64,000 nt of DNA from Candidatus Dadabacteria bacterium. Lineage in GTDB: Bacteria > Desulfobacterota_D > UBA1144 > Nemesobacterales > CSP1-2. The stretch is from positions 864,001 through 928,000 of the forward strand of contig CAWDVW010000005.1 of NCBI GenBank assembly GCA_963805855.1. The letters are read 5' to 3'. Each line of letters begins with the position of its first letter. The stretch's first letter is position 1. The translations under genes and the position numbers were made by a program. Shown here one piece after another: positions 21,545 through 32,758 of this stretch. Under the pieces are notes generated by a model. It was not told where the DNA came from and ran no database searches. It saw nothing but the letters and a program-made list of their open reading frames with translations.

Positions 21545-22795
21545 ATGCAAAAGGAATATCTAAATTCTATAAAATTTGAATGTAATGAGATTAGAAAAGA
21601 CTTTCCTATTTTCAAAAGAAAAATAGGAGGCAAACCCCTTATCTATCTTGACAATGCCGCAACAACTCAAAAACCAAGACAGGTGTTAGAGGCCGAGAAA
21701 ATATTTTATGAGACAGCATACGCAAATATTCATCGGGCTGTCCACACGCTCAGTCATGAATCTACTGTCCTATATGAAAACGCCCATAAGCGTGTTGCGA
21801 ATTTCATCGGTGCGAAGAGTTGGAGAGAAATAATATTTACAAGAAATGCCACCGAGGCAATAAACCTCGTAGCATATGCATGGGGACTTCACAGTCTTCG
21901 GAAAGGGGACGAGATCGTAACTACCATTATGGAGCATCACTCAAATATAGTTCCATGGCAAATGCTTAAGGAATTAAAGGGAATTAAACTCAAGTTTTTG
22001 GACGTAGACGATGAAGGCAGATTGAGGTTTGAAGATCTTCAAAAGCTTATTTCAGAAAGGACAAAACTTGTATCCGTAGTTCATGCATCAAACGTTTTGG
22101 GTGTGGTTAATCCCATAAAAGAGATCATTGACGAGGCCAAAAAGGTTGGGGCCTTGGTCTTGGTCGACGCAGCTCAGTCCGTTCCCCATATGCCAGTTGA
22201 TGTTTCGTCGCTCGGTTGTGATTTTCTGGTAGCTTCAGGACATAAGATGTTGGGGCCGACAGGCATCGGTTTTCTCTACGGTCGAAACGAACTTCTTGAA
22301 CAGATGGAACCCTTTAATTATGGCGGAGATATGATAGAGACTGTAACTACTGATAAATCAACATGGAATGAACTACCGTGGAAGTACGAAGCCGGCACGC
22401 CGAATATCGCAGGTGGCATAGGCCTAGGTGCAGCTATCGATTATTTGAATAGGATCGGCTTCGAAGAAATTCAAAACTATGAAAAATCACTCACAAACTA
22501 CACTCTTCAGGGACTGCTGGATCTGCCATGGATTGAGCTTCACGGTCCAAAAGATTTAGATAAGCTCGGAGTATTTACATTTAACATGAAGGATATACAT
22601 CCGCATGATATTTCATGGATACTGGATGGTGAGGGAATCGCAGTACGCTCTGGCCATCACTGCGCACAACCTCTTATGAGGAGACTTAACATAGATAACG
22701 CTGTTAGGGCAAGTTTATACCTTTACAATACTATGGAGGAAATTGATAGGTTAATCGAGGCGCTAAAAAAGGCCCACAATCTGTTTAAAAATTAA
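21545..22795 (+). CDS. sufS: Cysteine desulfurase SufS
   Basis: YLDNAATTQKP, SGHKMLGP, RSGHHCA (class II). Confidence 0.95.
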   Translation: MQKEYLNSIKFECNEIRKDFPIFKRKIGGKPLIYLDNAATTQKPRQVLEAEKIFYETAYANIHRAVHTLSHESTVLYENAHKRVANFIGAKSWREIIFTRNATEAINLVAYAWGLHSLRKGDEIVTTIMEHHSNIVPWQMLKELKGIKLKFLDVDDEGRLRFEDLQKLISERTKLVSVVHASNVLGVVNPIKEIIDEAKKVGALVLVDAAQSVPHMPVDVSSLGCDFLVASGHKMLGPTGIGFLYGRNELLEQMEPFNYGGDMIETVTTDKSTWNELPWKYEAGTPNIAGGIGLGAAIDYLNRIGFEEIQNYEKSLTNYTLQGLLDLPWIELHGPKDLDKLGVFTFNMKDIHPHDISWILDGEGIAVRSGHHCAQPLMRRLNIDNAVRASLYLYNTMEEIDRLIEALKKAHNLFKN

Positions 22796-22843
22796 TATAT
22801 ATATAGTGATGAAGCGGATTCGAATCAATTAAAAAAATAACGA

Positions 22844-24160
22844 TTACTGATTCATAAGATTGAGAAATTCCTTATTAGTTTTGGTACCACTCATTTTGTC
22901 TAAAAGAAATTCCATTGCTTCGGTTGTATTCATGGGACTTAGTATCTTTCTCAGTAGCCATACCCTATTGATAACATCCGCTGGAAGCAATAGTTCTTCT
23001 TTCCTTGTTCCGGATTTTTGAAGATCAATCGCCGGAAAAATTCTCTTATCGGCCAATCTCCTGTCTAAGTAGACCTCCATATTTCCAGTGCCTTTAAATT
23101 CTTCAAAAATGACCTCGTCCATCCTGCTCCCAGTATCTATTAAGGCCGTGGCTATAATTGTAAGGCTGCCACCTTCCTCCGTATTCCTGGCGGCCCCAAA
23201 AAATCTCTTGGGTCTTTGGAGAGCGTTCGCTTCCATGCCTCCGGACAATACTCGTCCACTGGCCGGAGTTACCGTGTTGCTAGCACGCGCGAGCCTCGTG
23301 AGACTGTCGAGAAGAATAACCACGTCTTTCCCGTGTTCAACGAGTCTCTTTGCCTTTTCAAGCACCATATCGGCAACCTGGATATGACGCTGCGCTGGTT
23401 CGTCAAACGTTGAACTGACGACTTCCCCTATTACCGACCTTTCCATATCTGTCACTTCTTCAGGACGCTCATCTATAAGTAGTACTATAAGGACTATTTC
23501 TGGGTTATTCTTTGTGATTGCGTTTGCGATTCTCTGAAGAAGAATGGTTTTCCCAGTTCTTGGCGGCGCTACTAGGACGCCCCTCTGGCCTTTACCCACA
23601 GGTATGAATAGATCCATCACTCTTGAGCAAAATTCATTCGGGTCATACTCCAGGTTGATTTTCTCATCAGGATGAAGCGGGACGAGCCCTTCGAAGGGAA
23701 CCCTATCTTTGCATGATTCAAGTGAATCTTGGTTTACTTGTTCAATTTTCAAAAGCGCAAGGTTCTTCTCCCCCTCCCTAGGAAGGCGAACCTGGCCACC
23801 AACGGTGTCACCTGTCTTGAGATTAAATGAGCGGATCTGTGACTTTGAGACGTAAATGTCATCAGGACCGGGAAGATAACTGTATTTTGGTGATCTTAAA
23901 AAACCGTAACCTTCCGAAAGTATTTCGAGAACACCCTCGGCGTAGATCATCCCCTCCTTCTCGCTCTGGGCTTTTAAGACCGCATATATAAGATCTTGCT
24001 TTGACATTCTAGATGTTTCTTCGATATGTAGCTCCCGTGCCATCTTCATTAATTCTGAAGTTCTCCTATCTCTTAGCTCATTCAAGTTAAGAAAACGAGA
24101 CTCAGATTCTTCTAGCACTTTTTCTTCGGTGGATTGTTGCGCTTTCGAAGCTCTTGCCAT
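22844..24160 (-). CDS. rho: Transcription termination factor Rho
   Basis: [31 protein letters not shown]. Confidence 0.97.
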   Translation of the reverse strand: MARASKAQQSTEEKVLEESESRFLNLNELRDRRTSELMKMARELHIEETSRMSKQDLIYAVLKAQSEKEGMIYAEGVLEILSEGYGFLRSPKYSYLPGPDDIYVSKSQIRSFNLKTGDTVGGQVRLPREGEKNLALLKIEQVNQDSLESCKDRVPFEGLVPLHPDEKINLEYDPNEFCSRVMDLFIPVGKGQRGVLVAPPRTGKTILLQRIANAITKNNPEIVLIVLLIDERPEEVTDMERSVIGEVVSSTFDEPAQRHIQVADMVLEKAKRLVEHGKDVVILLDSLTRLARASNTVTPASGRVLSGGMEANALQRPKRFFGAARNTEEGGSLTIIATALIDTGSRMDEVIFEEFKGTGNMEVYLDRRLADKRIFPAIDLQKSGTRKEELLLPADVINRVWLLRKILSPMNTTEAMEFLLDKMSGTKTNKEFLNLMNQ

Positions 24161-24453
24161 AAATATTTATGTTCTCGATTCAATAATAAATCTTAGGATA
24201 AAAGATCTCGACTCAATATAGAGGAAATAGTTTAACGGTTCATTTAGAGTTGCATTTAGCTATGTGATTAATATTATGCACACTAACAGTACGATTTGTC
24301 AAGTGGAATTTATTCAAAAGTTAAATATTGCTATGCTGAAATTAAGTATAACACAAAACCTTACATTGTTAGAATCAAACTGTAAAAATTGATTTTTTCT
24401 TATAATTATATTATATATAAGACTAAGATTTATTACAATTATCCCATCGAGAA

Positions 24454-25455
24454 TTGATGACAATTAAAACCTATTTATCGACGTATTTGATTTATTTTAC
24501 AGTCTTATTTCTTTCCTCTGTAAGCATAAGGCCGGCTGGTGGCTCTGCGTTTGAGAGTTTAAATAATTTCGACGAAAATAGTACGAAGCAGACCTTACTG
24601 GCCCAAGGAGCAAAAGGTATGGGATCAAATGTGCAAACCCGCTCACGCCTGCTTCTATCAACGGAGATTCTTTTGACCTCAATTTCAGGAGAAATTTATC
24701 TAAATCCAAAGCACATCGGAAGAATCGTATCGATAACACCTCTTGGAACAGGCAATTCTAGTTCAAGTAAACGTGAAATAGAATTCAATCAAAGCAAGGA
24801 CCTCTGGCCAGTAGTTATTGTCCCACAATCCATTTCAAATCTCGAAGGTCTGAACGTCACTGGTGAGGAAGGTAGCATAAGTATATCAAGGTCAGGCGTA
24901 GAAAAGGCTCTTAATCCCGATAATAATGAACTAAAAACCATTACAAAGCCTAAAGTTGCGTTTGGCCAATTAAGCTCAACTATTTTATTCACGGACATGA
25001 ACGTCAATAATCCGAGTAAATTTGAGATAGGCGTATTCGACTTTAAAGATAATAAATTCATAAATGGTGATATAATAGCCCTAACAAAGAATCAGATGGC
25101 GGTAAAGTTCGAGAATTTACCGTCAACGGTAATTAGTAACAAAGGAAAGCTTAGATACAGCCTTAAGGATGAGGATGGTAGTTTCATTAACTCTGAGATG
25201 AATGCTTGGGGTTGTGAATTACTAATTCCCGATACTCAAGTAGGAAAGAATGTTCCCGTAAAGGCCCGGATCTTTGGGCTTACCGATGAAGCTAAGGTCA
25301 AGTTTACCTTTCAGCCATTAGAGGGGCAAAAGTATTCCCTACCTGTAAGCACCCTATCGGTAAGGGAAATTAATTCCGGACAACCTATTACCATGATTTC
25401 TACTTCAATCACCGGAAACCAGCTAATTAGCGTAACTGTTGAAGAGTCTTTATAG
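24454..25455 (+). CDS. Hypothetical exported protein
   Basis: 333-aa ORF with N-terminal signal-like segment; no family recognised. Confidence 0.55.
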   Translation: MMTIKTYLSTYLIYFTVLFLSSVSIRPAGGSAFESLNNFDENSTKQTLLAQGAKGMGSNVQTRSRLLLSTEILLTSISGEIYLNPKHIGRIVSITPLGTGNSSSSKREIEFNQSKDLWPVVIVPQSISNLEGLNVTGEEGSISISRSGVEKALNPDNNELKTITKPKVAFGQLSSTILFTDMNVNNPSKFEIGVFDFKDNKFINGDIIALTKNQMAVKFENLPSTVISNKGKLRYSLKDEDGSFINSEMNAWGCELLIPDTQVGKNVPVKARIFGLTDEAKVKFTFQPLEGQKYSLPVSTLSVREINSGQPITMISTSITGNQLISVTVEESL

Positions 25456-25555
25456 AAATTAAAAATCCCGAAGTAGATATTGCTACTTATTTGGTATTCC
25501 TATAAAATAATTAACTAAAGCAAGATCATTTTAAAGATAGAAGGTGTGAGAACAT

Positions 25556-26302
25556 ATGTCAGGTCATTCCAAATGGGCAAATATAAAACACAGAAAGGCA
25601 GCCGTTGATGCCAAGCGCGGAAAAATTTTCACAAAGTTAATCAGGGAAATCACGATTGCTGCTAGGCAGGGCGGAGGTGATCCCGAATCCAATTCTAGGC
25701 TTAGAGCAGCTATTTCCGCTGCGAGAAACAATAACATGCCTGGCGACACCATAGAACGAGCCGTTAGCCGTGGTGCCGGGAAGGGAGGTTCCGAAGAAAT
25801 TCATGAAACTTATTACGAGGGCTACGGTCCAGGCGGAAGTGCAGTGTATATTCATGTCATGACGGATAATAAAAATCGTACTGTTTCTGAGATTAGAAGG
25901 ATATTCACGAAGTATGGCGGAAGTCTTGGCGAAAGCGGTTGTGTAGCCTGGATATTCGATACGAAGGGGAGGATTTCTTTTGACAAAAAAAGCGTTGATG
26001 AAGATAAGATTTTCGAGATTGCTATAGATGCAGGAGCAGAAGACGTACGGACTGAGGATAGTGAACTAATTGTTATCACGAATACTGAGAATTTTGAAAA
26101 TGTTAAGGACGAAATTGACAAGAAAGGACTCAAGTACTTATCGGCAGAGATTACCATGATACCACAGACTAATGTCAGGATCGAAGGCAAAGATGCTGAG
26201 CAAATGCTGCGTCTCATGGAAGCACTAGATGATAGTGACGACGTTCAAAATGTCTACTCAAATTTTGATATCGAAGATGAACTCTTGGAAGCGTTGGGAT
26301 AA
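25556..26302 (+). CDS. yebC: YebC/PmpR family protein
   Basis: [29 protein letters not shown]; upstream of ruvC. Confidence 0.95.
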   Translation: MSGHSKWANIKHRKAAVDAKRGKIFTKLIREITIAARQGGGDPESNSRLRAAISAARNNNMPGDTIERAVSRGAGKGGSEEIHETYYEGYGPGGSAVYIHVMTDNKNRTVSEIRRIFTKYGGSLGESGCVAWIFDTKGRISFDKKSVDEDKIFEIAIDAGAEDVRTEDSELIVITNTENFENVKDEIDKKGLKYLSAEITMIPQTNVRIEGKDAEQMLRLMEALDDSDDVQNVYSNFDIEDELLEALG

Positions 26303-26304
26303 CA

Positions 26305-26853
26305 TTGATGAGAGTAATTGGCGTAGACCCTGGAACCAGGGTTTGTGGATTCGGGATAGTGGACAGCATAAACGGAAGTTTAACACATGTTACAAGTGGA
26401 GCCATAGTCCCTACGTCTAGCCATTCTATTACTTTTAAATTGAAAACCATTCATGAAGGTCTGGTGCAGGTAATACAGGAATTTGCTCCCGACGCTATGT
26501 CTATCGAAGGTCTTTTTTTCGCCAAAAATGCCAAAAGTGCAATTAAGCTAGGGGAAGCAAGGGGTGTTGCATACCTGGCGGCTGCTTTCTCAGGCTTATC
26601 CGTTCACGAATATGCTCCTACCGAAGTAAAACTTGCCGTCACTGGTCGAGGAAGGGCGAAAAAAATCGAAGTTCAGAAGATGATTTCAACAATTTTCGGA
26701 ATTAATAGATGGGAATGGACAGACGTGTCAGATGCAATCGCAATAGCACTTTGCCACATCAATTTAGCTGAGAAAAAAGAGAGGCTCGGGATTGAAGTTC
26801 TAAGGTCTAGGAGAAGGAGGAGGCGTTTTTCGATAAATGATCTCCCTTCTTAG
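26305..26853 (+). CDS. ruvC: Holliday junction resolvase RuvC
   Basis: IGVDPG, EYAPTEVK, DVSDAIAIA. Confidence 0.95.
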   Translation: MMRVIGVDPGTRVCGFGIVDSINGSLTHVTSGAIVPTSSHSITFKLKTIHEGLVQVIQEFAPDAMSIEGLFFAKNAKSAIKLGEARGVAYLAAAFSGLSVHEYAPTEVKLAVTGRGRAKKIEVQKMISTIFGINRWEWTDVSDAIAIALCHINLAEKKERLGIEVLRSRRRRRRFSINDLPS

Positions 26854-27424
26854 AGGCATAATTGCAGAGAAATCAATTGGAAAGATCATTATAGACATTC
26901 ATGGAGTGGGTTACGGAGTTACAGTCCCACTCTCTACATATTACCGTCTCCCAGACGCGGGTTGTGAGACTGAGTTAAAAATTTACACCCACGTGAAGGA
27001 GGACAGTATAGAGCTTGTCGGTTTTCTCACAGAAGACGAAAAAAGGATCTTCACTTTATTACTGGGCGTTTCTGGTGTAGGACCTAAAGGGGCAACAAAC
27101 ATTCTTTCTAATATTTCTCCTCAGGAGCTGGTTTCAGCAATTTCTTCTGGTGATCTAACAAGAAGAAAGATACATGGCGTTGGACCAAAGCTCGCATCAA
27201 GACTTATAACTGAATTAAAAGATAAGATCTCAAGCCTTAGACTCCTCGAAAAGTATCATCATAATAATGGAAACCTGGATGACGTAATCTCCGCACTCCT
27301 TAATCTAGGATATACAAAGATCGAAATAGATGAGCAGATTATAAAAATTGAAGAGATAGCAGGAAAAGAAAAAGATATAGAAATTGCTTTGAGAGAATCA
27401 TTAAAGGTAATGAGAAAGGAATGA
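26837..27424 (+). CDS. ruvA: Holliday junction branch migration protein RuvA
   Basis: MISLLRG, GVGY, VSGVGPK, ALLNLGY. Confidence 0.95.
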   Translation: MISLLRGIIAEKSIGKIIIDIHGVGYGVTVPLSTYYRLPDAGCETELKIYTHVKEDSIELVGFLTEDEKRIFTLLLGVSGVGPKGATNILSNISPQELVSAISSGDLTRRKIHGVGPKLASRLITELKDKISSLRLLEKYHHNNGNLDDVISALLNLGYTKIEIDEQIIKIEEIAGKEKDIEIALRESLKVMRKE

Positions 27425-27502
27425 CGGCTATTACCGGGTATTAAATTCTTGATCTGTAACTAAGTTCGGACTCAAATAATTTTAACTTTATACATACCAG
27501 AT

Positions 27503-28537
27503 ATGGAAGAACGAATTGTAAATCCAAAAACCCAGGAAGAAGATTCGATCTATGACCCGAATCTCAGACCAAGGTTTTTGAGCGAGTTTCTAGGACAGAG
27601 TAAGGTAAAAGAGAAAGTTGATATTTTCATTGAGGCAGCAAAGCGTAGAAAAGAAGCTCTCGACCATGTTCTTCTCTATGGTCCCCCGGGGCTCGGAAAG
27701 ACAACGCTGGCTCATATTATGGCTAATGAACTGGGTGTAAAAATACATGCAACTTCAGGTCCCGTGATAGAGAGGGTTGCTGATCTCGCATCTATTCTTA
27801 CCAACTTAGATGAAAGAGATGTCTTGTTTATTGATGAAATTCACAGGCTTAACCGTATTGTAGAGGAGTATCTATATTCGGCTATGGAGGATTATAAGAT
27901 TGATCTTATGATCGGGGAAGGACCAACAGCGAGGTCAATGAAAGTCGCTGTTAATAGGTTTACTTTGATAGGCGCCACTACAAGAACCGGTCTTATAACA
28001 TCGCCCCTGAGATCCCGCTTTGGGGTAAACTTGAGGCTTGACTATTATGATCCCGAGGAACTTGGGAGCATAATCAGGAGGTCTGCTGGAATTCTTGGCG
28101 TCGAAACTACGGGTGACGGCGAGTCTGAAATTGCCTGCAGAGCTAGGGGAACACCGAGGATCGCAAACAGACTCTTAAAAAGGGTGAGGGATTATGCAGA
28201 GGTAAGGGCCGACGGAATTATAGATAAGGACGTAGCCAAGAGCGCACTTACTATGTTGGAAGTAGATTCCATCGGACTTGACAGCGTTGACATGACGATA
28301 CTTAGAACTATTATAGAAAAGTTTAGCGGCGGCCCGGTTGGTATCGAAACAATCGCAGCAGCCGTAAGCGAGGATAAGGATACAATCGAAGAGGTTTATG
28401 AACCCTATCTGATCAGGCAGGGTTTTATTGCGAAGACACCCCGGGGACGAGCGGCAACCCCACTTGCCTATTCCCATCTTAATTTACCTTCCCCCATAAG
28501 CAAAACAGTCTCTTTAAAGGCTAGAACAATATTGTAG
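27503..28537 (+). CDS. ruvB: Holliday junction helicase RuvB
   Basis: [30 protein letters not shown]. Confidence 0.97.
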   Translation: MEERIVNPKTQEEDSIYDPNLRPRFLSEFLGQSKVKEKVDIFIEAAKRRKEALDHVLLYGPPGLGKTTLAHIMANELGVKIHATSGPVIERVADLASILTNLDERDVLFIDEIHRLNRIVEEYLYSAMEDYKIDLMIGEGPTARSMKVAVNRFTLIGATTRTGLITSPLRSRFGVNLRLDYYDPEELGSIIRRSAGILGVETTGDGESEIACRARGTPRIANRLLKRVRDYAEVRADGIIDKDVAKSALTMLEVDSIGLDSVDMTILRTIIEKFSGGPVGIETIAAAVSEDKDTIEEVYEPYLIRQGFIAKTPRGRAATPLAYSHLNLPSPISKTVSLKARTIL

Positions 28538-28560
28538 GGGCGTTCAACTGAACGCCCCTA
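28534..28560 (+). repeat. REP palindrome copy 1 (GTAG foot)
   Basis: GTAGGGGCGTTCA-AC-TGAACGCCCCTA; perfect 12-bp arms. Confidence 0.85.
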
Positions 28561-29214
28561 TTCTTTAGCATATAACATATCTTGAAATTGACCCCATTTA
28601 CTGTTGTAAGATTGATCTTCGGTGTGATCTGGATTTTCCCTATCAAATTGCCATTGTAACGGATTGCTCACTATATATTCTCGAATGCGGCCTAATACAT
28701 CTTCATTTCTCACAATATGTTCGTAATAATTCCTTTGCCATCCAGGAAAATGATATTTTCTCCTACGACATTGTGCTGTTACAGCGGCTTTGAATGTTCG
28801 GATGATAACGGATAATGTTCCTTGCTTTGGTGAAATTGATTTATAATAATTCGCTGTTGTCAAATCTGGGGCGTTCGATTGAACGCCCCTACAATGGTCT
28901 GTCAAGATGAGAACCCCATGCAGATGATTTGGCATGACAATAAATGCATCTAATTTCACATAAGAAAAATGATCAGGGATTTCCTTCCAAAATTGATGGG
29001 CGATTTCCCCAATTGGTGACAAATCAACATTACCATTTTTGATATCTCCTAGAATGGACTTCCTATCCTTAATGCATATGGTAATGAAATACGCACCTGC
29101 GAGAGAATAGTTATAATCGACTAAACGAATTGAGCGACGGCGATTTTCCCCAGAGCTACTAAATTGTTTCAAATCCTCGATAGACGCCTGTTTAAGTTCT
29201 GAGAGGTACGGCAT
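28558..29214 (-). mobile_element. REP-associated tyrosine transposase (RAYT, IS200-like Y1 HUH)
   Basis: RRRSIRL..YNYS..GAYFITIC, VMPNHLH (HUH), WQRNYYEHIVRNE, EYIVSNP; flanked by REPs. Confidence 0.9.
28868..28892 (-). repeat. REP palindrome copy 2, inside the RAYT CDS
   Basis: Minus strand GTAGGGGCGTTCAATCGAACGCCCC; read in frame as CRGVQSNAP. Confidence 0.85.
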
Positions 29215-29247
29215 CTAAAAAAAATTATACACCCATTCTCTTTTTAT

Positions 29248-29271
29248 GGGCGTTTATTTAAACGCCCCTAC
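29248..29271 (-). repeat. REP palindrome copy 3
   Basis: Minus strand GTAGGGGCGTTTAAATAAACGCCC. Confidence 0.8.
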
Positions 29272-29292
29272 GGGTTATTACGAAATCTGTCG

Positions 29293-29766
29293 TTAGGGGC
29301 GTTCGACTGAACGCCCGTATTTGTTCAAAGGAATCTCCCTGATTAATTCATCCCAGTGTTCTTCGGTAATCAGAGAAATCTCTTTTCTAAAACTTTCATA
29401 ACCGCTCTGACTAGGGAAGAGCTTATTAACGATATTGTCTCTTTCCTTAAGCCACCCGTCTATTGACGCATAGCTTTTGAACCTGACAACCGTCTTATAC
29501 GTCCATTTAGGTTCAAGGGTGTGAAGCCTTTGCGAATACATCTTAATATCTCCGTCGATTAACCCCATTTTATTCATTTCCCTCCAGAATGGATAGACCT
29601 TTTCCTTATAAATTTCTAAAAACTTATCTTGATTCTCAGGACTGACTACATAAAAGGATTCCTCTATAACGGTCTGATACTTGCCTTCTTCAGCGGAGGC
29701 ACCAGGATTGAAAAAAAATAGAGTGATCAATAATTCGGCAACCATGATAGTCATAAATCTTTTCAT
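29293..29766 (-). CDS. Hypothetical secreted protein (possibly dimeric alpha/beta-barrel, NIPSNAP-like)
   Basis: Signal peptide from ATG 29766 (GAGGTG RBS); WTYKTVVRFKSYA and EHWDEL pattern. Confidence 0.6.
   Translation of the reverse strand: MKRFMTIMVAELLITLFFFNPGASAEEGKYQTVIEESFYVVSPENQDKFLEIYKEKVYPFWREMNKMGLIDGDIKMYSQRLHTLEPKWTYKTVVRFKSYASIDGWLKERDNIVNKLFPSQSGYESFRKEISLITEEHWDELIREIPLNKYGRSVERP
29294..29319 (+). repeat. REP palindrome copy 4, overlapping the 3' end of the neighbouring gene
   Basis: TAGGGGCGTTCGACTGAACGCCCGTA. Confidence 0.8.
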
Positions 29767-29921
29767 AAAACACCTCGCTAAAATTGTATTTACACAAGTC
29801 ACTAAATGAACATAAAAATGTTTTCAACAATTTCTCAAAAGTAGCCGTATACTTCCCAATAACCGCGGATTATCCATTGTTCTGTGATCAGCACATAGAT
29901 TCTGTGAGGAGGTCGATAAGC

Positions 29922-30956
29922 ATGAATAAAGAAATGAGTAGGAATCCCATTGAACGTCATATGTTTGATTATAAATCGTTATTTGAACTTTTAATATATA
30001 TTATTTTGGCATCATCAATTTCCTGGGCGTCATCCGCTTCTGCTAATACGATTAACAAGATTCTCATCAATGAAGTTGACTCCGACACGCTTGGAGCTGA
30101 CACGCTCGAATTCGTCGAGTTATACGATGGTGGGTCTGGAAACACGCCACTGGATGGATTGGTAATTGTCTTTTACAACGGGAGTGATGACTCCTCCTAT
30201 GCCGCGCTTCACCTGGACGGTTTCACAACAGATGAAAATGGATACTTTCTGATTGGCCGGAGTGGCGTCTCGCCCACCCCCGACATCATATTCGGCCGTA
30301 TTCAGAATGGTGCCGATGCCGTGGCCCTGTATATCGGCGATGACAGCGACTTTCCGAATGGTACCCCGGTGACAATAGAGTATCTGATCGATGCCATTGT
30401 CTATGACACAGACGATGCAGACGATCCAGGACTATTGATTTTGCTGAACGATAGCCAAGGTCAGGTAAATGAAAATGGCGGTGGCGATAAGGATAATCAA
30501 TCCAATTCACGCTGTCCAAATGGATGGGGTAGAGCTCGCAACACTGACCGCTATGTCCAGACAAGTCCGACCCCCGCCTCGGATAATATTTGTGACTCAG
30601 TTCTAGAAGTAACTGTCGATATAAAACCTGGCTCTGATTGGAATGCAATCAACTGTGGGAATGAGACCGGTGTCATTCCTGTTGCGATTCTATCGACAGA
30701 CGCATTCGACGCAACTTCGGTTGATCACACCACTGTGTCATTCGGAGGTGCATGTGAGACTCATATAAGTAATAAAACTGGGGAGCTCCGGAGACACGAA
30801 GAGGATGTAGACGGAAACGGTTACACCGACTTGGTATTTCATTTGCTAATAGGTGATACCGATTTAGACTGCGATTCCATAGAGGGCAAGATCGTTGGGG
30901 AAACCTTTTCAGGTGAAATCTTTGAAGGATCTGATATGGTTCATATGTTAAAATGA
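29922..30956 (+). CDS. Secreted protein with lamin-tail-like domain and Asp-rich C-terminal module
   Basis: INEVDSD...EFVELYDGG...IQNGADAVALY; C-terminal VDIKPGS..N.IN..GVIPVAILS...EDVDGNGYTDL; GAGGAGG RBS before ATG 29922. Confidence 0.7.
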   Translation: MNKEMSRNPIERHMFDYKSLFELLIYIILASSISWASSASANTINKILINEVDSDTLGADTLEFVELYDGGSGNTPLDGLVIVFYNGSDDSSYAALHLDGFTTDENGYFLIGRSGVSPTPDIIFGRIQNGADAVALYIGDDSDFPNGTPVTIEYLIDAIVYDTDDADDPGLLILLNDSQGQVNENGGGDKDNQSNSRCPNGWGRARNTDRYVQTSPTPASDNICDSVLEVTVDIKPGSDWNAINCGNETGVIPVAILSTDAFDATSVDHTTVSFGGACETHISNKTGELRRHEEDVDGNGYTDLVFHLLIGDTDLDCDSIEGKIVGETFSGEIFEGSDMVHMLK

Positions 30957-31517
30957 TTTCGTCTAGCGTACCCATAGTCCAGGTCTTCAAGCCTAGGATT
31001 AGTCTTTCATCTTTTTTATGGATCCGGAGTCAATCCTGTCCTCGAGGGGTTTACTAGCGAACATTCTGGCGACCACGATGGCATGTTATTAAACCGTCGC
31101 GGCGAAATTAGAGTTTCCAACTAACTGATTTAGACCTTTCCTTACTGAAAGCTATTCAAAAATATTATTGGAACATATGTATATCTCCATAAGTGCGTAG
31201 TAGCACATGATTTCAACCCCTTTATAGGGATTTAATCGCTACCCCGCACTTTGGTTTTGTGTTGCAATCATAAGATGGTCTTCATATCTAGCCTCCCATC
31301 TTATTCTCTTAATTCCAAATAGAAGAAGAGACCCTGAGTATGAAGCCACCTGGTTAGGTAACAGTAAACAAATTAAATATATTGATAGGTATAAATTTGA
31401 TTTTGGTATTTTTGTATGGGAAAATGTATTGAACATGTATGAAATTTCTTGCTTAACATTTCCACCTAATTATCCATGGAAATCCGCTAATCCCTAAAAC
31501 AAGTTGGTAAATAAAAA

Positions 31518-32285
31518 ATGATTAATTGGTTCTATTTTGTGCTGCAGACTGCCGAGGTTGTAGAGATGAAGGAAGTAAGGGTGCTTGGACTCATAACATC
31601 GGCTGGCCCAGTCGTAAAAGTTGTCCTCTTTTTGCTATTGCTAATGTCGATAATCTCCTGGGCAATTATTTTTTCAAAGCATTTTATGCTCAGGAAAGCT
31701 ATGAAAAGATCCGAAAAATTTTTAGATCTTTACAATTCAACTGGAAATTTCAGTAATCTCTACCAGTCAACTAAACACTTAAAAGGTCCTATAGCGAACC
31801 TTTTCAGATCAGGTTATGAAGAGCTCCTTAAGATAAAGAGGTCTGGAACCGGGGGCGCAGTGAGAAACCCAGAATCCCAGAGCAATCCCGAAATGGTATT
31901 TGCGGCGGATCTAGGCGTAGTGGAACTTGTTGAAAGGGTATTAAAAAAGGAAATGTCTGCCGAGGTCTCTAGACTTGAGAGCTCGCTCATTTTTCTTGCA
32001 ACGACTGGGAGTACAGCCCCTTTTATAGGGCTCTTTGGTACCGTATGGGGAATTATGACGGCTTTTATAGGACTTGCCAGCCGTGCAGACGTTCCAACTC
32101 TTCAAGCAGTGGCTCCCGGTATCGCAGAGGCATTGATTGCGACGGCAATTGGTCTTGCTGCTGCAATTCCGGCTGTTGTCGCGTATAATTATTTTATAAA
32201 TAAGGTTAAGAGAATCGACGTCGAAATGGAGAATTTCTCCTCCGAGTTTCTAAACATCGTTGATAGATATCTTAAGAAGATATAG
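31518..32285 (+). CDS. tolQ: Tol-Pal protein TolQ
   Basis: LATTGSTAPFIGLFGTVWGIM, VAPGIAEALIATAIGL; follows ruvB region. Confidence 0.92.
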   Translation: MINWFYFVLQTAEVVEMKEVRVLGLITSAGPVVKVVLFLLLLMSIISWAIIFSKHFMLRKAMKRSEKFLDLYNSTGNFSNLYQSTKHLKGPIANLFRSGYEELLKIKRSGTGGAVRNPESQSNPEMVFAADLGVVELVERVLKKEMSAEVSRLESSLIFLATTGSTAPFIGLFGTVWGIMTAFIGLASRADVPTLQAVAPGIAEALIATAIGLAAAIPAVVAYNYFINKVKRIDVEMENFSSEFLNIVDRYLKKI

Positions 32286-32296
32286 GTTATGAATAT

Positions 32297-32758
32297 ATGG
32301 CTATAAGCGGCAATAACAATGGACGTTCTGTTCTTTCTGAAATAAACGTCACTCCTTTTGTGGACGTTATGCTCGTTCTTCTAGTAATTTTCATGGTTAC
32401 AGCTCCCATTTTGTACCAGGGGGTCGAGATCAATCTCCCAAAGGTTGAATCGAGACCCATGCCCGCGGCTGAAAGGGAAAAAAAGATAATTGTTACCCTG
32501 AACGAGAATAAAGAGATTTACATAGAAAAGAAGAGATACTCGCTCGCTGAATTAAAGCTGGAAATTAGGTCACTTATTAGAAACAAGGGTAAGGAATTGG
32601 AGGAAGAAGATGTATTTCTAAGGGCAGATTCTAATGTACCTTATGGTACGGTCATGGAAGTAATGGCTGAGATAAAAAAGGCTGGTATAAATAAAATAGG
32701 CCTTATTACTGAGCCACCCTCGTCTAATAACTTCCAATTCAGAACAAAATATAAATGA
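32297..32758 (+). CDS. tolR: Tol-Pal protein TolR
   Basis: [35 protein letters not shown]. Confidence 0.92.
   Translation: MAISGNNNGRSVLSEINVTPFVDVMLVLLVIFMVTAPILYQGVEINLPKVESRPMPAAEREKKIIVTLNENKEIYIEKKRYSLAELKLEIRSLIRNKGKELEEEDVFLRADSNVPYGTVMEVMAEIKKAGINKIGLITEPPSSNNFQFRTKYK

Noticed and set aside
28534-29319. Repeated ~25-bp palindromes as a possible CRISPR array
   Set aside because: Irregular spacing, alternating orientation, no cas genes, and an adjacent RAYT indicate REPs.
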